A stretch of DNA of 64,000 bases from an uncultured Solibacteraceae bacterium (GTDB lineage: Bacteria > Acidobacteriota > Vicinamibacteria > Vicinamibacterales > SCN-69-37): positions 9,473-73,472 of the forward strand of contig CAYQRM010000046.1 in the NCBI GenBank assembly GCA_964419785.1, given 5' to 3'. Made by a program: the position numbers and the translations under genes. The notes under the pieces are model-generated. The model saw only the letters and a list, made by a program, of their open reading frames with translations, searched no databases and was not told the DNA's origin. This document shows positions 8,609 to 17,258 of the stretch, in pieces; the first letter of the stretch is position 1; each line of letters begins with the position of its first letter.

Positions 8609-9184
8609 TTACCGAAACGCGCACTCCCTCGCGAGCGCCCGCTTGAGCGCGGCCAGATACTTCACGCGCGGGATCTCGACGGCGCCGAACTGCTCCAGAT
8701 GCGGCGTGACCCACTGGACGTCGAGGAGCATGAATCCGCGGCGGACCAGGCGATCGACAAGCGAGGCCAGCGCGACCTTCGACGCGTCGGTCTCGCGATG
8801 AAACATCGACTCGCCGAAGAAGGCGCCGCCGAGGTGCACGCCGTAGAGCCCGCCGACGAGCGCACCGCCGTGCCAGGCCTCGACCGAATGCGCCAGGCCG
8901 AGCCGGTGCAGCGCGACGTAGCTCTCGACGATCTCGTCGGTGATCCAGGTCCCTTCGTCTTCGCGTGCTGCGCACGCGCGCATCACGCTCTCGAATTCGG
9001 TGTCCACGCGGATGTCGAACGTGCCGCGGCGGACGACGCGCGCGAGGCGTGAGGGTACATGAAAGGTTTCGAGCGGCAGAATCCCGCGCGGGTCGGGCGA
9101 GAACCATCCGAGGTCGCCGTCCTCGAGACCCATCGGAAAAATGCCCTCCCGATAGGCGCGGACGAGCAGCGCCGGGTCAATCAC
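8609..9184 (-). CDS. aat: Leucyl/phenylalanyl-tRNA--protein transferase
   Basis: LLVRAYREGIFPMG...WFSPDPRGILPLETFHV...GGLYGVHLGGAFFGESMF. GTG at 9184 lies 2 nt after the upstream stop. The track ATG at 9403 would overlap the ferredoxin gene by >200 nt. Confidence 0.88.
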   Translation of the reverse strand: MIDPALLVRAYREGIFPMGLEDGDLGWFSPDPRGILPLETFHVPSRLARVVRRGTFDIRVDTEFESVMRACAAREDEGTWITDEIVESYVALHRLGLAHSVEAWHGGALVGGLYGVHLGGAFFGESMFHRETDASKVALASLVDRLVRRGFMLLDVQWVTPHLEQFGAVEIPRVKYLAALKRALARECAFR

Positions 9185-9186
9185 GC

Positions 9187-9552
9187 TCAGTACTCCGGCG
9201 GCGGTTCGATGAACGGTTGCGGTGTTGGCCCCGGATCCGGACGCCCGCTGCCCGCCAGGCGGCTGATCGCACGCACGGACATGTCGTGGTCGCACAGGAT
9301 CTGACATGACAGGCGCACGCCGGTAACGCCCTTCCGCGCGAGCGCGGCGATCTCCGCCTTGGTGTGCGTCGCAGGCTCGCCGGCGAGGAAGACCACACGA
9401 CACGTCGTGCAGCGGGCATGACCACCGCAGGCATGCAACTGGTCGATACGAGCGTCCTGTTCCAGCGCGAGGACCAGGCGCTTGCCGTTCGGCACGTCGA
9501 ACGTCCCCACGGATTCCACGGTCAGCTTTGGCACCCTCCGATCATAGGGCAT
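9187..9552 (-). CDS. 2Fe-2S ferredoxin-like protein with Pro-rich C-terminal tail
   Basis: MPYDRRVPKLTVESVGTFDVPNG... with CGGHARCTTCRV...SCQ cysteine pattern. Start chosen at the internal ATG (9552). Confidence 0.7.
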   Translation of the reverse strand: MPYDRRVPKLTVESVGTFDVPNGKRLVLALEQDARIDQLHACGGHARCTTCRVVFLAGEPATHTKAEIAALARKGVTGVRLSCQILCDHDMSVRAISRLAGSGRPDPGPTPQPFIEPPPEY

Positions 9553-9955
9553 CCCGCGCGAGCCGCCGTCGTCCGATCCGGTTCGGACGGCCGAGGCGCT
9601 CGAAGTACGTCTCGAGCGATTGCGTGATCCGCGCGGCCTCGCGGCCGAGATCGAGCGCCGTCCGGCTCGCGGACTTCGAGAAATAGCCGCGATCGATTCC
9701 GTCTTCGATCGCCGCCAGCGCTGCGGCGAGCTGATGCCCGGCCTCACCAAGCGCGCGTGCCGACGCCTGATCCGCGCCATTGCGGATGCCCTCGGCCACG
9801 GCGGCCTCGGCTGCACGTGCGGCACGAAACAGACCGACGCTGAAGCGCATGTCCGCCGCCGCGACCGCGCTGGCTTTGAGCAACCGGCACACGGCCTGCG
9901 TGAAGGCGTGCGCGATCTGCCACGCGCGCACGTCTTCGATCCGCCGTCCCGTCAC
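9542..9955 (-). CDS. Four-helix-bundle protein (23S rRNA intervening-sequence protein family)
   Basis: IEDVRAWQIAHAFTQAVCRLL..., Ala-rich helices and a terminal ...SLETYFERL resemble the family. Start is uncertain: GTG 9955 is preferred, and the track ATG is at 10093. Confidence 0.55.
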   Translation of the reverse strand: MTGRRIEDVRAWQIAHAFTQAVCRLLKASAVAAADMRFSVGLFRAARAAEAAVAEGIRNGADQASARALGEAGHQLAAALAAIEDGIDRGYFSKSASRTALDLGREAARITQSLETYFERLGRPNRIGRRRLARDAL

Positions 9956-10131
9956 GATGGACGGAGACTGCAAGCGGTGTTCCCGGTCGCGCCACCGTTT
10001 TGCCGAGCAATTCGATCTACGCGCGCAGAATCTGCAACGCGCGGGCGCCTGCGCGATCGCGGTTGCTGCAGCCTGGCCAAGCTGATGCGTCACGCCGCAT
10101 CCGGCACCAAGAGCAACTCACTGTTCTTGGA

Positions 10132-11154
10132 CTAGCTCTTGCGATATCGCTCGCGAATCGTCGGGATCAGATAGTCCCGGAACGCGCGCTCGAAGTCGTA
10201 CGTCGACGCGAAGCCCCAGTCGCGCCGCGCCGCGGAATCGTCGACGTCCTCGGGCCAGGAGTCGACGATGCCTTGCCGCTTCGCGTCGACCTTGAATGTG
10301 ATGTCGGCCTGAGGAAACGCGCGAAGGACCTCGGCGCGGATCTCGTCGGCGGTACGCGCGAACGCGCCGAGATTGTAGGCCGTCCTGGTGAGCCGCTCTC
10401 TAGGCGCGTGCGCCAGTGTCATCAGCGCTTCGACGCCGTCGGGCATCGCCATGAACGGAATCTTTGCGTCCGGCCGAACGAAACACGCGTACGGCTCGCC
10501 GCGCGCGGCAGCGTGAATCATTTCCGGCGCGTAATCCGACGTCCCGCCTGACGGCACCGTCACGGCGGAAATCAGGCCAGGAAATCGCACCGCCCGGAAG
10601 TCGACGCGCCCGCTCTGCGATTCGGCGGCCAGCTGCTTGTAGAAGCGCGCGTAGTAGTGGCCGAGCTGCTCGCAATACAGCTTGTTGCAGCCGTACATCG
10701 TCCGCGGCAGCGCCCAGTCGGGCTCCCGCACTCGGCCCGCGTCGCGTTTGGCCTCGATCGTCGGCAGGCCGTACACGGCAATCGACGATGGGTAGAGGAA
10801 CGTCACCGGTCGGCCGTGCGACTCCGCCTCCCGCTGCGCAAACTCCAGCAGGTTGAGCGTGCCTTCGACGTTGACCTGATGCGCCGTCACCGGCGAAAAC
10901 TCCGCCCGCGTCGACAGGAGCGCCGCGAGGTGAAAGATGAAATCGACCTCGAACTCCGCCAGGATGCGATCGATCGCCGCGTGGTCGAGGATCGAGCCAC
11001 TGACCTCGCGCAAGACCTTGCGCGAGAGCGCCGGATCGAGCGGCGCGACGTCGAGGGTGACAATCCCGCGGCTGCCGTCGCTGGCAAGTCGCTCGATGAG
11101 GCCGTGGCCGATTTCGCCGGACGCGCCGGTGATGAGAACGACTGGTCGCCGCAT
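10132..11154 (-). CDS. Extended-SDR NAD-dependent epimerase/dehydratase, L-threonine 3-dehydrogenase-like
   Basis: MRRPVVLITGASGEIGHGL (Rossmann), YGCNKLYCEQLGHYY (YxxxK), FPGLISAVTVPSGGTSDYAPEM. The track N-terminal extension to 11943 is antisense to the rhomboid gene. Confidence 0.88.
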   Translation of the reverse strand: MRRPVVLITGASGEIGHGLIERLASDGSRGIVTLDVAPLDPALSRKVLREVSGSILDHAAIDRILAEFEVDFIFHLAALLSTRAEFSPVTAHQVNVEGTLNLLEFAQREAESHGRPVTFLYPSSIAVYGLPTIEAKRDAGRVREPDWALPRTMYGCNKLYCEQLGHYYARFYKQLAAESQSGRVDFRAVRFPGLISAVTVPSGGTSDYAPEMIHAAARGEPYACFVRPDAKIPFMAMPDGVEALMTLAHAPRERLTRTAYNLGAFARTADEIRAEVLRAFPQADITFKVDAKRQGIVDSWPEDVDDSAARRDWGFASTYDFERAFRDYLIPTIRERYRKS

Positions 11155-11156
11155 GG

Positions 11157-12017
11157 TCACATCAGACGCCAGCCGAAGAGCACCGACGCGACGATCGACA
11201 CGATCGACAGCGCCAGGCACGCAATGGCAAGGGCGATGTGTTTGACGCGCTCCTGTTTGAGCGGATCGAGCAACTGCCCGACGGCATAGCCACCGACGAA
11301 TCCGCCGGCGTGCGCGTAATTGTCCGTGCCAGGCATGACGAAGCCCATCAGGATCAGCACCAGGGCAAGGTATTTCGCCTGCGTATGGACGACGCTCGAT
11401 CCGGTGCGCCGTCCGTAGTACACGAGCGCGCCAAGCAAACCCAGAATCGACGCCGACGCACCCACCGTGAGCGTTCCGCCCTGAAGGAAGGGTATCGGCA
11501 GGAACGCCAGGTAGTACCCGGCCAGAGACGACAGCGTGAAGCCGGCCGCGCCGGCCACGGTGTAGATGATCACCATCCGGCCCGGCCCGTACAACTCCCC
11601 GACTTCGGGCGCGAGCTGGCGCACCCAATAGAGGTTGAAAAAGATGTGCAGCAGACTGCCATGCAGCCACGAGGCGCTCAGAACCGTCCACCAGCGGCCA
11701 ACGCCAAACACCGGAAACGCTCCGCTCGCGCCAAGCAGGATCAAGCTCGGCTGGCTCGGCACCAGGATGTTCATGAAGCCGCCGAGCATCACGACGTTTG
11801 GACCGGACAGCAAGAGCGACAGCACGTACATGACGATGCACGTGCCGGTGACGAATGGGACGAAGCCGACGTCGTTGCCGAGACTGCGGAGTGCCGGCGC
11901 GAATCCCCACAGTCCCGGGTTGCGCCGTCCGCAGTGATAGCAAACCTCATCGTTGACGCCGACGAGGTAGCCGCACGACACGCAGACGACCGACCCGGTC
12001 GTCTGTCGCTTGAACAT
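11157..12017 (-). CDS. Rhomboid family intramembrane serine protease with N-terminal zinc-ribbon-like CxxC..CxxC
   Basis: VCVSCG...CYHCG, WLHGSLLHIFFNLYW (HxxxN) and GASASILGLLGA (GxSxxxxG), with multiple TM helices. Confidence 0.88.
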   Translation of the reverse strand: MFKRQTTGSVVCVSCGYLVGVNDEVCYHCGRRNPGLWGFAPALRSLGNDVGFVPFVTGTCIVMYVLSLLLSGPNVVMLGGFMNILVPSQPSLILLGASGAFPVFGVGRWWTVLSASWLHGSLLHIFFNLYWVRQLAPEVGELYGPGRMVIIYTVAGAAGFTLSSLAGYYLAFLPIPFLQGGTLTVGASASILGLLGALVYYGRRTGSSVVHTQAKYLALVLILMGFVMPGTDNYAHAGGFVGGYAVGQLLDPLKQERVKHIALAIACLALSIVSIVASVLFGWRLM

Positions 12018-12049
12018 GACTTTGAAGCATAACGTAGGACAATGCCGTT

Positions 12050-13000
12050 ATGCGCGTGCTCGTCACCGGCGGCACAGGCTATCTCGGCCGCGCGATCGTC
12101 AGGGCGATAGCCGAGCGCGGGCACGAGCCCGTCGTGTTCGCGCGCACGGCCACGCGCGCGGGACTGCCGGGCCGCGCGGTTGACGGCGACGTTCGGGACC
12201 GCGCAGCGTTTCTGACCGCGACGCGCGGCGTCGACGCACTCTGCCATTCGGCCGCGCTCGTCAAGCTGTGGCAGCGCGACGCGAGCGAGTTTGACGCGGT
12301 CAACGTCGGCGGCCTGGAGAATGCGCTCGCCATCACGCGCGATCTGAGACTCCCGCGGCTCATCTATACGTCGTCATTTCTCGCGTTGCCGCCGCGCGGC
12401 GCAAGCGACCCGATCACCGCGAACGACTATCAGCGCACGAAGGTCGCCGCTCATCGCCTCGCCATGCAAGCACGTGACGAAGGCGCGCCCATCGTGACGC
12501 TGTACCCGGGCGTGATTTACGGCCCGGGCGTGATCACCGAGGGCAACCTCGTCGGGCGGCTGCTCGCCGATCACCGCGCCGGCAGGCTCCCCGGCATCGT
12601 GGGCGCCGAGCGCATCTGGTCGTTCGCGCACGTCGACGATGTGGCGCTGGGACACGTGCTTGCGCTCGAATCGGCGCGGCCCGGGACCCGCTACGGGCTC
12701 GGCGGCGAAGACGCGCCGCAGATGCGCGCGTTCGAGATCATGCGCGATCGCCTCGGCACGAAGTTGCCGCGGCGGCTTCCGTACTGGCTTGCCGACGCCG
12801 CCGGCACGTCTGAAGAACTGCGCGCGAGGCTGACGGGCCATCCGCCGCTCATCACTCGCGGTGCCGTGGAGATTTTCCGGCACGATTGGATCGTCGACAG
12901 TCAGGCCGCCGGACGCGACCTCGGCTATCCCTCGACGCCGCTCGCGACCGGACTCGCCGCAATGTTTGCGGAGTTTGAGCCGGCGAACTCGTCTACGTAA
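12050..13000 (+). CDS. NAD-dependent epimerase/dehydratase family protein
   Basis: MRVLVTGGTGYLGRAIV (Rossmann), YQRTK (YxxxK); length is typical for the family. Confidence 0.85.
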   Translation: MRVLVTGGTGYLGRAIVRAIAERGHEPVVFARTATRAGLPGRAVDGDVRDRAAFLTATRGVDALCHSAALVKLWQRDASEFDAVNVGGLENALAITRDLRLPRLIYTSSFLALPPRGASDPITANDYQRTKVAAHRLAMQARDEGAPIVTLYPGVIYGPGVITEGNLVGRLLADHRAGRLPGIVGAERIWSFAHVDDVALGHVLALESARPGTRYGLGGEDAPQMRAFEIMRDRLGTKLPRRLPYWLADAAGTSEELRARLTGHPPLITRGAVEIFRHDWIVDSQAAGRDLGYPSTPLATGLAAMFAEFEPANSST

Positions 13001-13038
13001 ACTATCGTAGAAGAAGAAGTAGCCCGAGATCCCTCGCT

Positions 13039-13066
13039 CCTAACCGCCAGGACCCCCTCCCGTCTA
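13039..13066 (+). promoter_or_regulatory. Candidate ECF-type autoregulated promoter (TAAC-N16-CGTCTAA)
   Basis: cTAACcgccaggaccccctccCGTCTAA lies directly upstream of the ECF sigma ATG (13067). It resembles the GAAC-N16/17-CGTC ECF consensus. The spacing would give a near-leaderless mRNA. Confidence 0.3.
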
Positions 13067-13642
13067 ATGAAACAGATGCATTCGGACGACGCGGCGGCCG
13101 TCGCCAAAGCACGCGGCGGCGACCAGGATGCGTTCCGGGTGCTCGTCGAGCGCCACAGTCGCACGATTTACCGGCTGGCGTATCGAATGACGGGCCGCGC
13201 CGAGGACGCCGAGGACGTCGTGCAGGAAACGCTGGTGCGCGCGTATCGGCAGCTCGGACGGTTCGAAGCGAGATCGAATTTCGCGACGTGGCTGTATCGC
13301 ATCGGATTCAACTGCGCGATCGACTACATGAGAGCCCGGCCACAGCGCGAGTCGGCGGAGACCGACGAGAAGCTCGAGCAGATGGCAAAGTCCTCGAAGG
13401 GACCGACGACGGACGACTTGGTTTACGCGGGAGAAATTGGCGAGCGCGTGCAGGAAGCGTTGGGCGCGCTCAGCCCGCAGGAGCGCGCGGCGTTTCTCAT
13501 GCGGCACTACCACGGCTGCTCGATTGAAGAGATCTGCAGCACGCTCGATTTGAAATCGAACGCCGCGAAGCATTCGATCTTCCGAGCGGTGAAAAAAATG
13601 CGCGCCGCGCTGCGGCCGCTGATGGAGCTGAAGCACTCGTGA
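13067..13642 (+). CDS. ECF (sigma-70 family) RNA polymerase sigma factor
   Basis: Region 2: DAEDVVQETLVRAYRQL..FATWLYRIGFNCAIDY. Region 4: LSPQERAAFLMRHYHGCSIEEICSTLDLKSNAAKHSIFRAVKKM. Confidence 0.93.
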   Translation: MKQMHSDDAAAVAKARGGDQDAFRVLVERHSRTIYRLAYRMTGRAEDAEDVVQETLVRAYRQLGRFEARSNFATWLYRIGFNCAIDYMRARPQRESAETDEKLEQMAKSSKGPTTDDLVYAGEIGERVQEALGALSPQERAAFLMRHYHGCSIEEICSTLDLKSNAAKHSIFRAVKKMRAALRPLMELKHS

Positions 13643-14439
13643 CGAATTGGCATCCAACCGAAGAGGACCTCGTCCTCCACTTCTACGGCGAGACCGGCCC
13701 CGACGAGGAGCGCCGTGTCGACGACCACCTGGCGTCGTGCAGCGCGTGCCGCCAGTCGTGGGCCGAGCTCGGCGACACGCTGAAGCTCGTCGATGCCGCG
13801 ACGGTCCCCGAGCCAGGCGAAGGCTTCGAGCGAGTGATGTGGGCGCGCGTGCAGCAGGCGCTGCCCGAGCGCGAGACGACGCGTTCGTCCATCTGGGGCT
13901 GGGTGCCCGTCTTCGGCATGGCCGCCGCGCTCGTCGTTGCGGTCGGCATCGGCTACGCCTGGCGGTCGCACCACGAGTCGTCGACGGCGCCATCGACCGG
14001 CACCGTGGCCTCGGCGGGCGGCGGCGGAAACGTCGTGCGAGCCTCGCTCTCCGATCTGCAGAAGACCCGCGAGCGCGTGCTGCTCACGGCGCTCAACGAT
14101 CACTTTCAGCAGACCGAAGTGCTGCTCACCGAGTTGATGAATTCGCCTGACGAGGGCCGCGCCGACATCGACTTCGAGCGCCAGGCGGCCGACGACCTCG
14201 TGGCCTCGGGCCGGCTCTATCGCGTCACCGCGCAGCAGAGCGGCGATTTACAGCTGGCGCGCATGCTCGACGACCTCGAGTCGGTGCTCGTCGAAGTCGC
14301 GAACAGCCCGGAGCACGTGAGTAAGAAGGATTTCCAGTCCCTGCGGACACGCATCGACGACCAGAACCTGCTCTTCAAGGTCCGGGCCGTCTCGAACCAA
14401 ATTCACGAACGGCAAAAGACGCTGATTCCATCCGAGTAG
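13639..14439 (+). CDS. Anti-sigma factor (zf-HC2-like) with one TM segment
   Basis: GTGA overlap with the sigma gene. HLASCSACRQSW motif, TM segment WGWVPVFGMAAALVVAVGIGYAW, periplasmic C-terminal domain. Confidence 0.8.
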   Translation: MTNWHPTEEDLVLHFYGETGPDEERRVDDHLASCSACRQSWAELGDTLKLVDAATVPEPGEGFERVMWARVQQALPERETTRSSIWGWVPVFGMAAALVVAVGIGYAWRSHHESSTAPSTGTVASAGGGGNVVRASLSDLQKTRERVLLTALNDHFQQTEVLLTELMNSPDEGRADIDFERQAADDLVASGRLYRVTAQQSGDLQLARMLDDLESVLVEVANSPEHVSKKDFQSLRTRIDDQNLLFKVRAVSNQIHERQKTLIPSE

Positions 14440-14450
14440 TGAGGAACCAT

Positions 14451-15956
14451 ATGAAGCGAGTCGCCCTGTTGGGAATGTTGATGATCGTGCCGGCCCTGGC
14501 CGCGGCCCAAGTGCCGCCGCCGACTCCCCCCGCGCCGCCGGCTCCAGCCCCAGCGCCCGTCGCGCGTCCGGTGCCGGCCCCGGTGATGCCGGTGCCGCCA
14601 ACGCCGCCGGCCGTGATGGTGATGCCGCCGCTGGACCAAGTCTACATCGACGACTCGGTGCGCGATGCCATGCAGACCGCCCGCGAGGCCATCCGCGCGG
14701 TCGACAGCGACGCGATGCGCGCCGCCGCAGAAAAGGCGCGAGCTGATGCCGCAGAGATGCGCGAGCAGATGCGCGAAGGCATGCCGGCGATGTGGATCGA
14801 CATGCAGAACCAGAAGTTCGCGATGGTCGGCGGCCAGGATTCCGAGAGCAGCTCCTACAGCTCCGGCCTGAGCCTGCTGCAGAGTCGTCAGTACGACCAG
14901 GCGATCGTTCGCTTCGACCGCGCGATCGCCCAGAAGGGATCGCACGCCGACGGTGCGTGGTACTGGAAGGCCTTCGCGCAGTACAAGCTCGGCAAGGCGG
15001 AGGACGCGCTCGCATCGATCGCGACCCTGCGCAAGGACTTCCCGCAAAGCCGCTACCTCCCCGACGCCAAGGTCCTCGAGGCCGACGTTCGCAAGCCGGC
15101 GATCGACCGGATCGACGATGACGAGATCAAGCTGCTGGCGATTCAGGGCATCCAGAATTCTGACCCGGCGAAGGCTGCGCAGCTCGCCGCGACGCTGCTC
15201 TCGAACACCAATTCACTCCGCGTGAAGCGGCAGGCGCTCTACATCCTCGCCCTCAGCGATCAGCCGTCGGCGCACGAGCTCCTCCTGAGCTATGCAAAGG
15301 GCAACGGCAATCCCGACCTGCAGCGGGAAGCCATCAACTACCTGGCGACGCGCCGCACGAAGCAGCCGACGACCAGCAGCGAGCTGAAGCAGATCTATGA
15401 ATCGACGCAGGACCCGTCGATTCGACGCGCAATCATCGACGCGTATCGACTGACCGGCGACAAGGCGTCGCTCCTGTCGGTCGCGTCGGCCGGCGGCACG
15501 CCGGTCGAGATCCGGTCGCAGGCCATCCGCAACCTTTCGGACGTGGCCGCACCGACGGATCTCTGGGCGCTGTATCAGAAGGAAGAGGACAAGGATCTGC
15601 GCATCGCCATGGTGCGGTCGTTCAGCTCGATGGGCGCCGTCGAGCAGCTCCTGCAGATCGCGAAGTCCGACAAGGATCCATCCGTGCGGCAGCAGGCGAT
15701 TCGCAGCCTCGGCAGCCAGAAGGTCGACAAGACGGGCGCGACGCTGGTCGAGATGTACAACTCCGAGTCCGACAAGGACACGAAGATGGCGATCATCTCG
15801 GCGCTCGCCAATCAGAACAACGACACTGGGCTCGTCGCGCTCGCGCGCAAGGAGACGAAGGACGTCGAGCTCAAGCGCCAGCTCGTGACGAAGATCGCCG
15901 AGATGTCGGGGCGATCGAAGGTGGCGCAGGACTATCTGCTCGAGGTAATCAAGTAA
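14451..15956 (+). CDS. Secreted Pro-rich / TPR-like / HEAT-repeat protein
   Basis: ATG 14451 follows the SD GAGGA. Signal peptide MKRVALLGMLMIVPALAAAQ, then a PPxP tract. HEAT-like repeats: DPSIRRAIIDAY.., DLRIAMVRSF.., DPSVRQQAIRSLG. Confidence 0.75.
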   Translation: MKRVALLGMLMIVPALAAAQVPPPTPPAPPAPAPAPVARPVPAPVMPVPPTPPAVMVMPPLDQVYIDDSVRDAMQTAREAIRAVDSDAMRAAAEKARADAAEMREQMREGMPAMWIDMQNQKFAMVGGQDSESSSYSSGLSLLQSRQYDQAIVRFDRAIAQKGSHADGAWYWKAFAQYKLGKAEDALASIATLRKDFPQSRYLPDAKVLEADVRKPAIDRIDDDEIKLLAIQGIQNSDPAKAAQLAATLLSNTNSLRVKRQALYILALSDQPSAHELLLSYAKGNGNPDLQREAINYLATRRTKQPTTSSELKQIYESTQDPSIRRAIIDAYRLTGDKASLLSVASAGGTPVEIRSQAIRNLSDVAAPTDLWALYQKEEDKDLRIAMVRSFSSMGAVEQLLQIAKSDKDPSVRQQAIRSLGSQKVDKTGATLVEMYNSESDKDTKMAIISALANQNNDTGLVALARKETKDVELKRQLVTKIAEMSGRSKVAQDYLLEVIK

Positions 15957-15961
15957 CCCGA

Positions 15962-16019
15962 GCTGGGTTCCTCACGCTGGGTCCCTACGGAGGGTTCCTT
16001 ACGCGGGTTCGGTTCCCCT
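15962..16019. repeat. Tandem GGGTTCC-word array (4 units, period ~13-14)
   Basis: CTGGGTTCCTCACG / CTGGGTCCCTACGG / AGGGTTCCTTACG / CGGGTTCGGTTCCCC, between the two HEAT-repeat genes. Confidence 0.75.
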
Positions 16020-16031
16020 GATTCGAGAGGT

Positions 16032-17129
16032 GTGCTCGTGAACAAGGGATTGTTGTCTTCAGCCGTTTTCCTCATCGGCGCGATTCTGCCGATCGCGGCC
16101 CAGACGCCGCCCGCGTCGCTCGTCCAGAACGGGCGCGTGGAGACGAAGGCCGCCTCGTCGATCGACCGCGAGATCGCGGCCGTCGGCACGAACGCCGAGC
16201 CGGTCTGGATCGCGTGGCGCGAGCCGATGGTCGACGGCGAGCACAGCATGTGCTCGACGTGGTTCTCGGATCGCAACGGCTACGTGCGCGGCGACATGCT
16301 CGAGCCGAACGAGACCGGCATGCAGCCGCCGAAGATCGCGGCGCCGACCGGCCCCGTCGCCCTCGAAGGCGGCACGAACATCGTCGTGCTCCTGCGCATC
16401 GTGAACGGACAGATCGAGCGGATGCGGTCGGTGAGCGACGACTGTCCGATGGACGCGGGCGGACGGACGTTCATCTGGCTGACGGGGATCACGAGCGCCG
16501 AGAGTCTGCGATTCCTCGAGTCGTACGTGCGGCGCGACAACATGCCGCTCGATCAGCAGCGGCGGTACTCGGATTCGGCGGCGTCCGCGATTGCGCTCCA
16601 CCGCGATCCTGCCGCTGACGCGATCCTCGATCGCATCGCGTCTTCAGACCCGAGCACCGACAACCGGCGCCGCGCCGGCACGTGGCTCGGCCAGTTCCGC
16701 GGCGCGCATGGGTTCGCGACGTTGCGCTCGCTCATCGCCAGTGAAAAGGACTCGCAGACGCGGCAATCGTTCGTCACCTCGCTCGCGCAGACGCGTCAAT
16801 CCGGCACGGCCGACGCGCTCCTCGCGCTGGCCCAGAACGACGCCGATCCGAAGGTCCGCGCCGAAGCGGTGTATTGGTATCCGCAGCGCGCTGGCACCGG
16901 CGCCGTCAGCGCAGTGACCGCGATCATCGACAAGGACACGGACGACAACGTAAAGCGCCGCGCGGTCTCGGGTCTCGGGCGCCTGCCAAACGACCAGGGC
17001 GTGCCGACGCTGATCGATCTCGCCAAGTCGCCGAAGTCCAATCCGGTCGTTCGCAAGCAGGCCGTAACGGCTCTCGGGCAGTCTAACGACCCCCGCGCGG
17101 TGGCTTATCTCGAACAGTTGCTTAGGTAG
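16032..17129 (+). CDS. Secreted HEAT-repeat protein
   Basis: Signal-like N-terminus. PBS-lyase/HEAT-type repeats: DADPKVRAEAVYWY, DDNVKRRAVSGLGRL, NPVVRKQAVTALGQSNDPRAVAYL. GTG start with SD GAGAGG. Confidence 0.75.
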   Translation: MLVNKGLLSSAVFLIGAILPIAAQTPPASLVQNGRVETKAASSIDREIAAVGTNAEPVWIAWREPMVDGEHSMCSTWFSDRNGYVRGDMLEPNETGMQPPKIAAPTGPVALEGGTNIVVLLRIVNGQIERMRSVSDDCPMDAGGRTFIWLTGITSAESLRFLESYVRRDNMPLDQQRRYSDSAASAIALHRDPAADAILDRIASSDPSTDNRRRAGTWLGQFRGAHGFATLRSLIASEKDSQTRQSFVTSLAQTRQSGTADALLALAQNDADPKVRAEAVYWYPQRAGTGAVSAVTAIIDKDTDDNVKRRAVSGLGRLPNDQGVPTLIDLAKSPKSNPVVRKQAVTALGQSNDPRAVAYLEQLLR

Positions 17130-17137
17130 AACACGAC

Positions 17138-17216
17138 AAGTCCCGGGACCTCTCAGAGGTCCGGGGACCTCTCAGAAGTCCTTGGGACCTGGGCGAAGTC
17201 CCCCGGGACCTCGCAG
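17138..17216. repeat. Four tandem 19-21-nt units, each with an internal GTCC-N-GGAC mini-hairpin
   Basis: AAGTCCCGGGACCTCTCAG / AGGTCCGGGGACCTCTCAG / AAGTCCTTGGGACCTGGGCG / AAGTCCCCCGGGACCTCGCAG. Confidence 0.85.
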
Positions 17217-17230
17217 TTCAGCTAAGATCC

Positions 17231-17253
17231 TCCTCCTGTGCTCGATAGGAGGA
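17231..17253 (+). promoter_or_regulatory. SD-sequestering hairpin (TCCTCCT-N9-AGGAGGA) upstream of the BNR protein ATG
   Basis: A perfect 7-bp anti-SD/SD stem. The SD AGGAGGA (17247-17253) lies 5 nt before ATG 17259. Confidence 0.5.
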
Positions 17254-17258
17254 CTCCC

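Noticed and set aside
8394-8801. Small ORFs inside the palindromic elements (8394..8801, 8086..8463, 28751..28954, 28824..29501, 44229..44438, 53837..54298, 54170..54475, 50669..50863).
   Set aside because: They occur in mirror-image pairs on both strands because the DNA is palindromic. Their peptides are just translated repeat words (HEAHKGPRR, SEVRSQK, GDFSTDRAP). They have no RBS and no independent support.
17138-17216. Whether any of the tandem arrays (253-291, 15962-16019, 17138-17216) is a CRISPR array.
   Set aside because: The units are contiguous with no spacers, the period is only 7-21 nt, there are at most 4 copies, and no cas genes are present.
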